A stretch of 64,000 nucleotides of DNA from an uncultured Clostridium sp. (lineage in GTDB: Bacteria; Bacillota_I; Bacilli_A; RF39; UBA660): contig CAJKHY010000004.1 in assembly GCA_905199855.1 (NCBI GenBank), positions 2,449 to 66,448 on the forward strand, in the 5' to 3' direction. Both the position numbers and the translations under genes were made by a program. Below, one piece after another: positions 27,491 to 36,928 of the stretch. Position 1 is the stretch's first letter; every line of letters starts with the position of its first letter. The notes under the pieces are model-generated. The model ran no database searches. It was not told the origin of the DNA and saw only the letters and a program-made list of their open reading frames with translations.

Positions 27491-28861
27491 TTAGTACTCA
27501 CAATTTCCTGGAGTTCTAGGATATGGGATGACGTCTCTTATGTTTTCAACACCTGTTAGGTAGATTAGTAATCTTTCAAAGCCCATACCAAAGCCTGAGT
27601 GAACGCATCCACCAAATTTTCTTAGGTTCATATACCATTCCATACCTTCTTTTTGCATGTTTAATTCTTCCATACGTTTTGCTAGTTTATCATAGTTTTC
27701 TTCTCTTTGAGAGCCACCCATTAATTCTCCAGCACCAGGTACTTCTAGGTCTACTGCGGCAACAGTTTTGCCGTCTTCATTTTGTTTCATATAAAATGCT
27801 TTGATATCTTTAGGCCAATTTTTGATAAATACAGGCCCATTAAAGTATTCTGTGATATATTTTTCATGTTCTTTGGCAATATCTTCTCCATACTCTGGTT
27901 CAAATTCCCATTTGATGTTAGCTTTTTTTAGGATAGAGATTACTTCTTCGTGGTCAATTCTTGTAAATTTAGAATTAATCAATTTAGTTAGTTTGTCTAT
28001 TAATCCTTTTTCAACATACGTGTCTAAGAATTTCATTTCATATGAAGCATGCTCTAGAACATATGATGTAACGTATTTTAACATTTCTTCCATGATATCC
28101 ATGTCTTTTTCTAAATCACAAAAGGCAATTTCTGGTTCGATCATCCAAAATTCGGCAGCGTGAGTTTTGGTATTTGAGTTTTCGGCTCTAAATGTTGGAC
28201 CAAATGTGTAAATCTTTTTATATGCTAGAGCGAATGTTTCTCCTTGTAGTTGACCCGATACTGTTAATGATGTTTTTTTGCCAAAGAAATCTTTGCTATA
28301 ATCTACTTTGCCTAAAGATGCTACTTTGTCTAAATCAAGGGTTGTTACTTGAAACATTTCCCCTGCTCCTTCACAGTCTGCTCCCGTTATAATTGGGGCA
28401 TGAAAGTAAACATATCCTCTTTCTTGGAAGTATTTATGTATTGCATAAGCCGCTACGCTTCTTACTCTAAATACAGCTTGAAATAGGTTTGTTCTTGGTC
28501 TTAGGTAAGCTTGATCTCTTAAAAATTCTCTTGTATGTCTTTTTGGTTGAATAGGATAATCATCTGGACAATCTCCTAATAAAGTAATGTTTGTAAGTTG
28601 TAGTTCAAAAGCTTGTCCTTCTTTTGGTGAGGTATTAACGATTCCTTCAACTTTAATTGCTGAACCTATTTTAAATTTTGTTATTTTATCAAAATTAGAT
28701 AAATTATTGTCATAAACAACTTGCAAGGTATTAATGATTGTACCATCATACATATCAATAAAGCAAATATTAGCTTGTTTGCGGTGGTTCTTTATCCAAC
28801 CACATATTTCTACTTTTTTTCCTAAATAATCTTTTTCGTATAAATCTTTAATATCTAACAT
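27491..28861 (-). CDS. asnS: Asparagine--tRNA ligase
   Basis: N-terminal OB-fold, class II motifs (FRAE, GGSQREE, GFGMGFERL); about 456 aa from MLDIKDLYEK. Confidence 0.85.
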   Translation of the reverse strand: MLDIKDLYEKDYLGKKVEICGWIKNHRKQANICFIDMYDGTIINTLQVVYDNNLSNFDKITKFKIGSAIKVEGIVNTSPKEGQAFELQLTNITLLGDCPDDYPIQPKRHTREFLRDQAYLRPRTNLFQAVFRVRSVAAYAIHKYFQERGYVYFHAPIITGADCEGAGEMFQVTTLDLDKVASLGKVDYSKDFFGKKTSLTVSGQLQGETFALAYKKIYTFGPTFRAENSNTKTHAAEFWMIEPEIAFCDLEKDMDIMEEMLKYVTSYVLEHASYEMKFLDTYVEKGLIDKLTKLINSKFTRIDHEEVISILKKANIKWEFEPEYGEDIAKEHEKYITEYFNGPVFIKNWPKDIKAFYMKQNEDGKTVAAVDLEVPGAGELMGGSQREENYDKLAKRMEELNMQKEGMEWYMNLRKFGGCVHSGFGMGFERLLIYLTGVENIRDVIPYPRTPGNCEY

Positions 28862-28943
28862 ATTATCAGTCCCTTCGTATAAGATATATCTATTATAAAA
28901 CAAAAATAGAAAAAAACAAATAATTTTTTGTTTATTTGTTTCA

Positions 28944-29315
28944 TTATTTGCTTTTTTTAATCATTTGCATTTTTTTATTAATTAAACTAACCGTTCTTTT
29001 AGGATCTTGAATTAATTGATTATATAATTCTGTATGTTTTCTTAGTTCTTTTTGAATTTTAATATCATCTTGTGATATTGAACCAACATATTCACCTTCG
29101 CCTTCATGAATAACTGAAACTTCTCTACCTAAAAAGTAATCGGTGGTTACTCCAAAGAAGTCCGCTAGCATAACAAATGTTTCTAGACTTGGTATTCTCG
29201 TACCATTTTCGTAACCGCATATTGATACTTTCGTGATACCTAGAGCATCTCCTAATGCTTGCTGTGATAAGTTCTTTTCTTTTCTCAATGCTTTTAGTCT
29301 TTGTCCTACGAACAT
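28944..29315 (-). CDS. XRE-family HTH transcriptional regulator
   Basis: LSQQALGDALGITKVSICGYENG helix-turn-helix. Confidence 0.7.
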   Translation of the reverse strand: MFVGQRLKALRKEKNLSQQALGDALGITKVSICGYENGTRIPSLETFVMLADFFGVTTDYFLGREVSVIHEGEGEYVGSISQDDIKIQKELRKHTELYNQLIQDPKRTVSLINKKMQMIKKSK

Positions 29316-29503
29316 AATATATTACCTTCCTTTGCTACTTAGCAGTAAGTACGTTACCGCTTTGTTAATGCTATTGTAATATATTATTTTGGTTAATTTC
29401 TTAATGTTAACTAATAAGAAATCAAAATAGGCTATTTTTGGCACATATTTTGATTATTTTATTTTTTTATGCTTTTTTATATGTAAGTATGAATACGTAT
29501 TAA

Positions 29504-30742
29504 TTATTTGCTAGCAATGTAGTAATTCTTCTTACCTCTTTTAATGATTAGGTAATTATAGATAAACATATCATCGTTTATGCTAGTAAGTACATCAGTA
29601 TATTTTTCATCATTTATGGTTATAGCTCCATTTGTGATAAATTCTTTGGCTTCTCTTTTGCTTTGTGAAGCTCCAATGCGAATTAACAAGTCTACTAGTG
29701 GTTCGCCTATTTCTACTTTTTTAATGTCAAAATCCTGAAATGCTTCCGCGATTTGTTTTGCATTTAATTTTTTTATTTCATTATTGAATAAGGCTTCTGT
29801 TATTTTAACAGCATCTTCATAATCTTCTTTGCTATGAATAAAAGTGATTATCGACTCTGCTAAGGCTTTTTGGGCAAGTCTTTGTTCTGGATGTTCTTTT
29901 AGACTTGTTTCTAATTCATCTATTTGGGATGGGCTTAAGAATGTTAATTTTTTTAAATATTCTATTACTTTGCTATCTTCGGTGTTTATAAAGAATTGAT
30001 ACATTTCATAAGGGCTTGTTTTGGATGCATCAAGCCAAACTGATTTGCCACTTTCACTTTTTCCAAACTTAGTGCCATCGGCTCTAGTGATAAGGGGCAT
30101 GGTCATGCCGTAACATTTGGTATCAATGCCATGTATTTTTCTAATTAGTTCTAATCCTGATGTGATGTTTCCCCATTGATCTTGGCCTCCAATTTGTAGT
30201 GTTACTCCGTATTTTTCATATAGTTTTAGAAAATCTATTGACTGAAGTATCATGTATGAAAATTCGGTATAGGTGATTCCTAGGTCTAGTCTTCTTTTAA
30301 CGGTGTCTTTACTTAGCATATAGTTAATATTGAAATGTTTTCCATAATCTCTTAAGAAGTCAATGGCATTCATTTGTAATAACCAATCGGCATTGTTGAT
30401 AATTTTGATATCAGTTCCTAGAATTTTATCTAGTTGTTTTTTGATTCCTTCTATATTTTTTAAAACTGCTTCTTTAGATATCATTGGTCTTTCTAAATTT
30501 GGTTTTGGATCACCGATTAGACCAGTTCCGCCACCTGCGATAATGATAGGATGATGTCCAGCATCAAGTAATCTTTTGGTCATGGCAATGACACTTGAGT
30601 AATGTCCAATATGAAGGCTGTCTGCAGTTGGGTCTATGCCAATATAAAAGGTTAATCCTCCTTCATTAATTTTATCAATGAGTTCTTCACTGGTGATGTT
30701 ATCTACTAAGCCTCTCCATTTTAATTCGTCAAATAATTTCAT
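29504..30742 (-). CDS. tyrS: Tyrosine--tRNA ligase
   Basis: HIGH (SLHIGH), KMSKS-type KFGKS, C-terminal S4 domain; start MKLFDELKWRG behind RBS AAGGAGGAG. Confidence 0.9.
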   Translation of the reverse strand: MKLFDELKWRGLVDNITSEELIDKINEGGLTFYIGIDPTADSLHIGHYSSVIAMTKRLLDAGHHPIIIAGGGTGLIGDPKPNLERPMISKEAVLKNIEGIKKQLDKILGTDIKIINNADWLLQMNAIDFLRDYGKHFNINYMLSKDTVKRRLDLGITYTEFSYMILQSIDFLKLYEKYGVTLQIGGQDQWGNITSGLELIRKIHGIDTKCYGMTMPLITRADGTKFGKSESGKSVWLDASKTSPYEMYQFFINTEDSKVIEYLKKLTFLSPSQIDELETSLKEHPEQRLAQKALAESIITFIHSKEDYEDAVKITEALFNNEIKKLNAKQIAEAFQDFDIKKVEIGEPLVDLLIRIGASQSKREAKEFITNGAITINDEKYTDVLTSINDDMFIYNYLIIKRGKKNYYIASK

Positions 30743-30957
30743 TTTTTTCTCCTCCTTAATATAAAAAGATGCTACCAAAGGACGAAAATCTCGTGGTACC
30801 ACCTTATTTGTTTCTTATTTTTTTAACGGTTTTAACCGATTAGCTAGAAATGTGTAATTCGTAAGATAAATATTTGTTTATTTCCACCACACATAAACTC
30901 TCTATAAGAATATTTTATTTACTACTTGGTCATTTCAAATACTAATAACTGTAAAAT
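30743..30957 (-). promoter_or_regulatory. T-box riboswitch leader of tyrS (promoter TTGCAA-16-TATAAT at 30965..30992)
   Basis: Leader contains F-box AACCGTTA, T-box sequence AAGGTGGTACCACGAG (variable base U fits an A discriminator such as tRNA-Tyr), and a terminator helix with U-run before the RBS. Confidence 0.7.
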
Positions 30958-31037
30958 TAAGTTAATTATATCATAATTTTTGTTATTTGCAAGTATTTTT
31001 TTATGTTTTAGTGTATAATATTTGTGAGGATGGTGCT

Positions 31038-32138
31038 ATGAAGATAAAAAGAATTATTATTAGTTTTTTTATGTTACTTGCTATTTCTATTTTAATTATA
31101 TTAATTAATTTTCAAGATGGTGATAAAAAGTTAGAAAAACTTAATTATAGTGATAAGGTTATTTCTATATTTCGAGATAAAGATATCTATAAGGATGTCT
31201 TAAAAGCAAATAAATATTCCAAGACTTTAGAGGTTGCTCTTACTGATAATTACTATGTTTCAAATTATTTAGATGATTATTTAGAAATTGATTATGTTGA
31301 TAATAAGGATTTTATTTTAGATGTTAATGCTTTGTTGGATTTGGGTTATTCTAGTAATCAGGTTAATACTTTGTTTAAATCTCTTAGCAATGATAGTGTT
31401 AAGTTAATTTTAAAAGAGGGTTATAATAATGATATATTTGATTATTTGAAGTTATCTTATTTTAACGAGAATTATTTGCCTAGATATATTGATTATAGGA
31501 AAAAGCATGATAATTTAATTATTGAGGATGTTGTTACTTATGTAAATGTTAATTTGGATTATGATTTTTATACTAATACTTCATTGATTAGTAATGGTAA
31601 TGATATGTTAGTTTTGGTAAATAAGTATAATTATTTAGATAAGGACTTTGTGCCTAGTGATTTGGAGTTGATTAGTAGTAATTATTCTACTAAGAAGTTG
31701 TATCTTAAGGATTATGCGGTTAATCCATTTGAGGAGATGTGTGCTGAGGCGATGGCACTTGGTATTACTATTAAGGCTGGGTCTACTTACCGCAGTTATA
31801 ATTATCAAAATAATTTATATAATTATTACGTGAAAAAGGATGGTGTAGATAAAGCTGATTCTTATTCGGCTAGGCCTGGTTATAGTGAACATCAGTTGGG
31901 ACTGGCTATTGATGTTAGTAATGGTTATGATTTTATAGATGAAGGTAGTGATGAGTATAATTATATTATTAATAATTCATATAAGTATGGTTTTGTTTTA
32001 AGGTATCCTAAGGGGAAGGAAAATATTACTGGTTATATGTTTGAGCCCTGGCATATTAGGTATTTGGGTGTGGATACGGCTACATACTTGCATGATCATA
32101 ATTTGGTATATGAGGAATATATAGGAAAAAAGAACTGA
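31038..32138 (+). CDS. Membrane-anchored M15B (VanY-type) D-alanyl-D-alanine carboxypeptidase
   Basis: SEHQLGLAIDV and EPWHIRY motifs; N-terminal TM. ORF is open from 30987 but likely starts MKIKR at 31038. Confidence 0.75.
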   Translation: MKIKRIIISFFMLLAISILIILINFQDGDKKLEKLNYSDKVISIFRDKDIYKDVLKANKYSKTLEVALTDNYYVSNYLDDYLEIDYVDNKDFILDVNALLDLGYSSNQVNTLFKSLSNDSVKLILKEGYNNDIFDYLKLSYFNENYLPRYIDYRKKHDNLIIEDVVTYVNVNLDYDFYTNTSLISNGNDMLVLVNKYNYLDKDFVPSDLELISSNYSTKKLYLKDYAVNPFEEMCAEAMALGITIKAGSTYRSYNYQNNLYNYYVKKDGVDKADSYSARPGYSEHQLGLAIDVSNGYDFIDEGSDEYNYIINNSYKYGFVLRYPKGKENITGYMFEPWHIRYLGVDTATYLHDHNLVYEEYIGKKN

Positions 32139-32149
32139 GTTGTTCTTTT

Positions 32150-34606
32150 TTAAGTACTTAATATTCTTTTTTTAATTAATTCTAGTTCTTTAACAAGGGT
32201 GGTAATATCTTTTCCACCTCCTTGAGCAAAGTATTTGCTACCATTTCCATTACCTCCAGTTTTAACAGAGATGCTGTTTACTATTTCTCCGCAGTGAATA
32301 AGTTCGCTTGTCGAGTTGGTAGAGCATAGGAAGTTAACAGAGTTATTATCAACATTTGCTAATAGGATAAAGTAATTATCTAGTCTATTCGCTAGGGCGT
32401 CGATAATGATTCTTAATATTTCTTTATCATATCCTTCAGTAATGGCTATGATGATGTTTAAATCTTTGTAAGTAATTTTTTCATTTAGGAATAGATCAAT
32501 ATTATTTAGAGCATTTTCTTTTTGAGCTAAAAAGAATGCTTTTTCTAATAATAATGTTTTTTCTTGAATTAAAGATAATTCATTTTTGTTGAATACGATA
32601 TCTGCATAACTAGTGGGTTTAGAGTTATCAATGTTAATGTTATAATCTAGTTTAATATTCATTAGTTTTGCTTTATCTAGGATGGTTTTGGCTTTGGATA
32701 ATAGTTTTACCATTTCACTATTATATGGTCTTATTTTGGAAAATAAGATAGGATAAATGTTATTATCAACGGCTCCTTCAATACGATATGTGTTTAGGCC
32801 TTTGTTTTCCACTAGTGAAAGGGCTACTTTTGATATTTCACTTGTATTATTTACAAATGTACCATCACATATTATTTTTGTATCACCAATAGTTATGAGT
32901 TTTACTTCATCAGTAGTATACAAACCATCTTTATTAAGATTTTTGATTTTAGATAGTTCTTTTTGGTTGATAATTGTTCTTTTTATGTCATAGTCTTTTT
33001 TTATTTCTTCATTTATTTTTTGTTCTATTTTAATGATTATTTCATCACTTAGTTTACCTTTATATTCAAAGTCGTATCTAAATGTTTTTGACGTTACTTT
33101 TGTCATTTTTGAAGTGATACTGTTACCTAGCATGGTGGTTATGACATGTTCAAGTAAATGTAAGGCAGTATGGTTTTTGTTTATGTTTTTTCTTTTGGAA
33201 TTTAGGACATGGGTTAAAACAGTATCTTTGTTATATAATGTTCCTTCTAGGATACGAATTTTAATAATACTTTGATTATTTATTGATTTGATGACGTCTA
33301 ATACTTCTATTTTAACATGATCATTTTTGATGTATCCTGTGTCTGATTCTTGGGTTCCACTGCTAACATAAAAGGGATTTTCTTCTAGGATAATATAGCC
33401 ATCGCTTTCTAGTTTATTTACTTTTTTGTTATCTTTAAAAATGGCTATTACTTTGGTTTCTAAACCTAATTTATCATAACCTACAAAGGTATCTTTGGTT
33501 TTAAATGATGCTATTTCAGGTGCAAAAAGGTCAATATCTTCGTTGTTGTTTTTAATGTTTTTAAGGCGATTAAATTCATCAATGTTTACTACTATATTAT
33601 TTTCTTTAGCACATTCATAGATTAATTCAATAGGCATATCGTATTTGTTATAAAGTGTAAAAAGAATTGCTTTATCTAAGATTTTTTTGCCTTTTTGGGC
33701 TTTAATCTCGGTAATTCCTTCTAAGATGTTTTTTTGTGATTTTGCTTCGATGTTATTTATTTTATGTTTTATTTTTGTGTTATTTATTTTGATAAGGGGA
33801 TATATTTTTTTGCTGTTTCCCACAGATATGTTGATAAGTTCTTGTAAGAATGGATGGTTAATGCAAAGTGCTATGCCATCTTTGAGAGCCTGTTTGATGA
33901 GTAAATCCACTTCTTCTTCATAATTCATAGCGATTAGGAAGGGAATTGTTTTAGCATTTTTTGTAATGCGTTTGAATTCTTTTTGTCCTAGATATGGTCT
34001 TTTGCATATATTTTCTAGTTTGTTTATAAGTGGACCATATATTTCGCTTTGATAAGTGTCATCTATTTTATTCATGACTATAGATATTTTATTTAGATAT
34101 AGATAAATTAAATCTTGGTTTGTTTCTCCTAAAATGATGTATCTTTGATTTTCTTCTATTTTGTGTTTGTCAAAAACATTGCCATATTTTTCTCCACGGT
34201 CATAATAAATAATCGTGTTTTTTAAATCTTTTTTTAGGATAAAGTTTTTCTTGTTTCTTACCTCTTGTAATAAGGCATTGGAACTATTGTATAATAATTC
34301 ATCAATGTGAAATATTAATCTATCTGGGTCTAAATCAAAATATTCATCATTGGTTAAAATGTCATATATGCTTGATAGTTGTTCATGATTGTTAGAAATT
34401 ATTAGTAAATCATTATATTCATAATCAGTTTCTTTTTTTATGATTACAGGCATTAGGGTAATACTGTTTATTTTTAGGTTATTATCTAGTTCTTTGACGT
34501 TTGTAACAAGGTTTACTTTATTATCATAAGGGATGCTAAAATAATGATTATTTGTTTGATTTTTGATGTATTCATTGCAGATGTTATAAATATTTATTTT
34601 TTCCAT
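32150..34606 (-). CDS. AlaRS-derived paralog: unknown 450-aa N-terminal region plus AlaRS-type editing domain plus C-Ala/DHHA1-type domain; no aminoacylation domain
   Basis: HTALHLLEH (HxxxH), FRYDF, ICDGTFVNNTSEI (CxxxH with H replaced by F), C-terminal GNGNGSKYFAQGGGKD. Confidence 0.55.
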   Translation of the reverse strand: MEKINIYNICNEYIKNQTNNHYFSIPYDNKVNLVTNVKELDNNLKINSITLMPVIIKKETDYEYNDLLIISNNHEQLSSIYDILTNDEYFDLDPDRLIFHIDELLYNSSNALLQEVRNKKNFILKKDLKNTIIYYDRGEKYGNVFDKHKIEENQRYIILGETNQDLIYLYLNKISIVMNKIDDTYQSEIYGPLINKLENICKRPYLGQKEFKRITKNAKTIPFLIAMNYEEEVDLLIKQALKDGIALCINHPFLQELINISVGNSKKIYPLIKINNTKIKHKINNIEAKSQKNILEGITEIKAQKGKKILDKAILFTLYNKYDMPIELIYECAKENNIVVNIDEFNRLKNIKNNNEDIDLFAPEIASFKTKDTFVGYDKLGLETKVIAIFKDNKKVNKLESDGYIILEENPFYVSSGTQESDTGYIKNDHVKIEVLDVIKSINNQSIIKIRILEGTLYNKDTVLTHVLNSKRKNINKNHTALHLLEHVITTMLGNSITSKMTKVTSKTFRYDFEYKGKLSDEIIIKIEQKINEEIKKDYDIKRTIINQKELSKIKNLNKDGLYTTDEVKLITIGDTKIICDGTFVNNTSEISKVALSLVENKGLNTYRIEGAVDNNIYPILFSKIRPYNSEMVKLLSKAKTILDKAKLMNIKLDYNINIDNSKPTSYADIVFNKNELSLIQEKTLLLEKAFFLAQKENALNNIDLFLNEKITYKDLNIIIAITEGYDKEILRIIIDALANRLDNYFILLANVDNNSVNFLCSTNSTSELIHCGEIVNSISVKTGGNGNGSKYFAQGGGKDITTLVKELELIKKRILST

Positions 34607-35154
34607 TTATTTTCCACCTCTATACATATTCTTTTTGTTTCTTTTTCTAAGTTTTCTAAGTTATTATTTACTATTTTATAATTATAGTCAGTATAATTAT
34701 CTAAATCTATTTCACTGATATCATTTTGTTCTTGCTCTGTTAAATCGGTTTGAAAATTAGGCCTTGTGATGTGAATTGTTATTACTTTTGAAAAATGTTT
34801 TTTTAAATGAGTGATTTCTTTTTTAAAACGAACATCACCAATTATAATAATGTTAGCATAATGAGCATAGATATTAATGTCTTCAATTAATCTATCTATT
34901 AAGAAGAATTCTTTATTCATATCAATACGAATATAATTACCTAGCTCTTGTAAAAATGAGCGATTTTTATCACTGTCGGTAATGTTATAGTCTTTAATTT
35001 CTTTGGCATAATATTTTAAGTATTTTGCAAACGAAGTGTTAACTACTTTAAGATTATGTTCTTGATAATATGAAGCAATTAGGTTACTTAGTGTTGTTTT
35101 GCCTTGTCTAGCTTTGCCACATATTAAAAATATTATTGGTTCAATACATTTCAT
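34594..35154 (-). CDS. P-loop NTPase (putative small nucleotide kinase-like), overlaps and is co-transcribed with the AlaRS paralog
   Basis: Walker A ICGKARQGKTTL near N-terminus; 186 aa. Confidence 0.45.
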   Translation of the reverse strand: MKCIEPIIFLICGKARQGKTTLSNLIASYYQEHNLKVVNTSFAKYLKYYAKEIKDYNITDSDKNRSFLQELGNYIRIDMNKEFFLIDRLIEDINIYAHYANIIIIGDVRFKKEITHLKKHFSKVITIHITRPNFQTDLTEQEQNDISEIDLDNYTDYNYKIVNNNLENLEKETKRICIEVENKWKK

Positions 35155-35218
35155 AATACCACTATCCTAATAACATTCTATCATATTTTTTTTTATTAAA
35201 CAAGAAAAACAAGCAAAA

Positions 35219-35683
35219 TTATTGCCTATTTGCTTTAGTTAGGACTTTAAAATCACTTGTTATTTCTTCAATATATATTTCTTTATTTAATTCAATATTT
35301 TTTAATTCTAAATCAATAATTGTAATGATATCTATTTTTTCTTCGATCGAATCTACTAATTCATGAAGTATATCATTTTCAGTAATTACTTTTTCTACAA
35401 TAATTGTTTTTAATTGTTCTACTTTGAATGGTTCTCCATTTATAAAACGATATAATGTATCAAGGTTACTGATTTTGTCTCTTAAGTTATTTATATCTAC
35501 TTCAATTGATTTAATTTTATTTTTTTTGTTTCTTATAATTTGTTTATTAATCTTATTTTTTTGTTCTATTCCAAGTCGGTATATTGCTTTATAATAAATA
35601 AGTAATCTTTCTATTTCTATTTTATATACTTCTTTATTTGTTTGAAAGTGTTTTAGTTTCATAATGTTATTCCTTAATTTCAA
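35219..35683 (-). CDS. Coiled-coil hypothetical protein
   Basis: Lys/Glu/Ile-rich heptad-like sequence; no recognisable motif. Confidence 0.3.
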   Translation of the reverse strand: MKLRNNIMKLKHFQTNKEVYKIEIERLLIYYKAIYRLGIEQKNKINKQIIRNKKNKIKSIEVDINNLRDKISNLDTLYRFINGEPFKVEQLKTIIVEKVITENDILHELVDSIEEKIDIITIIDLELKNIELNKEIYIEEITSDFKVLTKANRQ

Positions 35684-36824
35684 TTAATTTATATTTTTCA
35701 TTTATAAAGACAAAGAGTACTTTAAATAATGAAATGATCGGAGTAGAGATAATCATTCCTAATATGCCAAAGAAATAGCCAAATACTAATAAACCGACAA
35801 TGATGATTACTGGATGTAATTTCATGGTTTTGCTCATTACAAGCGGTTGAATAAAATTGCCTTCAATTCCTTGGATAATGATGTTTACTATTAAGACTGC
35901 AGTGCCTACTAGTGGTCCTTGGGCATATCCCACTAAAACAGCCGGAGTTGCACCGATGTAAGGTCCAATATAAGGAATGATATTAGTAACTGCACAGAAC
36001 AAAGCAAATAGTAATGGTGCTTTTAGTCCTGCAAACCAGAATCCTATGGCACAAGAGAAGAAAATAATTGATGCGTCAATAAGGGTTCCCTGTACAAAGT
36101 TTTTTAAGGTTGTATCCATTTTTGAACAAATATCATCTATTGTTTTTTGATATTTTTTTGGAATAAATGAAATAATCTTTTTAATTGAGTTATCAAAGTC
36201 AAATAATAAATATAAACCAATAATCATACCAATTACAAAACTCCATAGAGTTGAGAAAAATGTTTTAATAGTATTAACTAACATTTCAGGTAATTTTGCT
36301 GTGAAGTTAGTTACTAGAGTTTCTATTTGTTTGTAGAAATCTAATTTGGTTGAGGTTATATCAAAGTTAGGAGAAGAAAGTTTGTCAAAAATATTATCAG
36401 TGTATCCTTTTAAACTATCTAGATAACTAGGAACACTTTTAACAAATGAATTAAGTTCATCTAGTAAAATAGGGATTAGTGAAGACATGACAAGATAAAC
36501 TATTACTAAGAAGACAATGTAGGTAAATATTGTTCCTAGAACACGGTTAACTCCTTTTTTGTTTAGTTTATTTACTATTGGGTTTAATAACCAGGCGACA
36601 AAAACACCTATAAAAAGTGGCGATATAACAGCTAAGATATTACTAATAAATTTAAATATGCCCCACTCGGCTAAAACTTTAGTAGATACATACAAAACAA
36701 GAACAATTACTAGAACAAAAACTATTTTTAACATAACATTTAATATTTTAATGATTTCGTTTAGTTTTTCGTAGTTAATTTTTTCTTTATCATCATTTTT
36801 AAAAATCTTTAACACGTTAATCAC
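35667..36824 (-). CDS. AI-2E family transporter (UPF0118/PerM-like)
   Basis: 8 TM helices, size and conserved G/P pattern of the family. Confidence 0.65.
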   Translation of the reverse strand: MINVLKIFKNDDKEKINYEKLNEIIKILNVMLKIVFVLVIVLVLYVSTKVLAEWGIFKFISNILAVISPLFIGVFVAWLLNPIVNKLNKKGVNRVLGTIFTYIVFLVIVYLVMSSLIPILLDELNSFVKSVPSYLDSLKGYTDNIFDKLSSPNFDITSTKLDFYKQIETLVTNFTAKLPEMLVNTIKTFFSTLWSFVIGMIIGLYLLFDFDNSIKKIISFIPKKYQKTIDDICSKMDTTLKNFVQGTLIDASIIFFSCAIGFWFAGLKAPLLFALFCAVTNIIPYIGPYIGATPAVLVGYAQGPLVGTAVLIVNIIIQGIEGNFIQPLVMSKTMKLHPVIIIVGLLVFGYFFGILGMIISTPIISLFKVLFVFINEKYKLIEIKE

Positions 36825-36899
36825 CTCATATAATTATAATTCTATCATAGTTTTCCCTATTTTATTATAATAATTTATTATTTTTGTAAAATTTGTCAT

Positions 36900-36925
36900 T
36901 TTTTATAGAAAATAAGAAGTATAGG
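36900..36925 (-). terminator. Terminator of the cadherin-like surface protein gene
   Basis: Minus strand AAGAAGT-gaaccccta-tACTTCTT followed by ATTTTCT. Confidence 0.45.
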
Positions 36926-36928
36926 GGT

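Noticed and set aside
27491-28943. T-box leader upstream of asnS
   Set aside because: Only about 80 bp separate asnS from the upstream XRE regulator gene, and no T-box or F-box sequence is present. asnS is probably co-transcribed with the regulator.
32150-34606. Annotating the 818-aa ORF as the genuine alanyl-tRNA synthetase
   Set aside because: The N-terminal half has no class II aminoacylation motifs. Only the editing and C-Ala parts are AlaRS-like, and the CxxxH site is altered.
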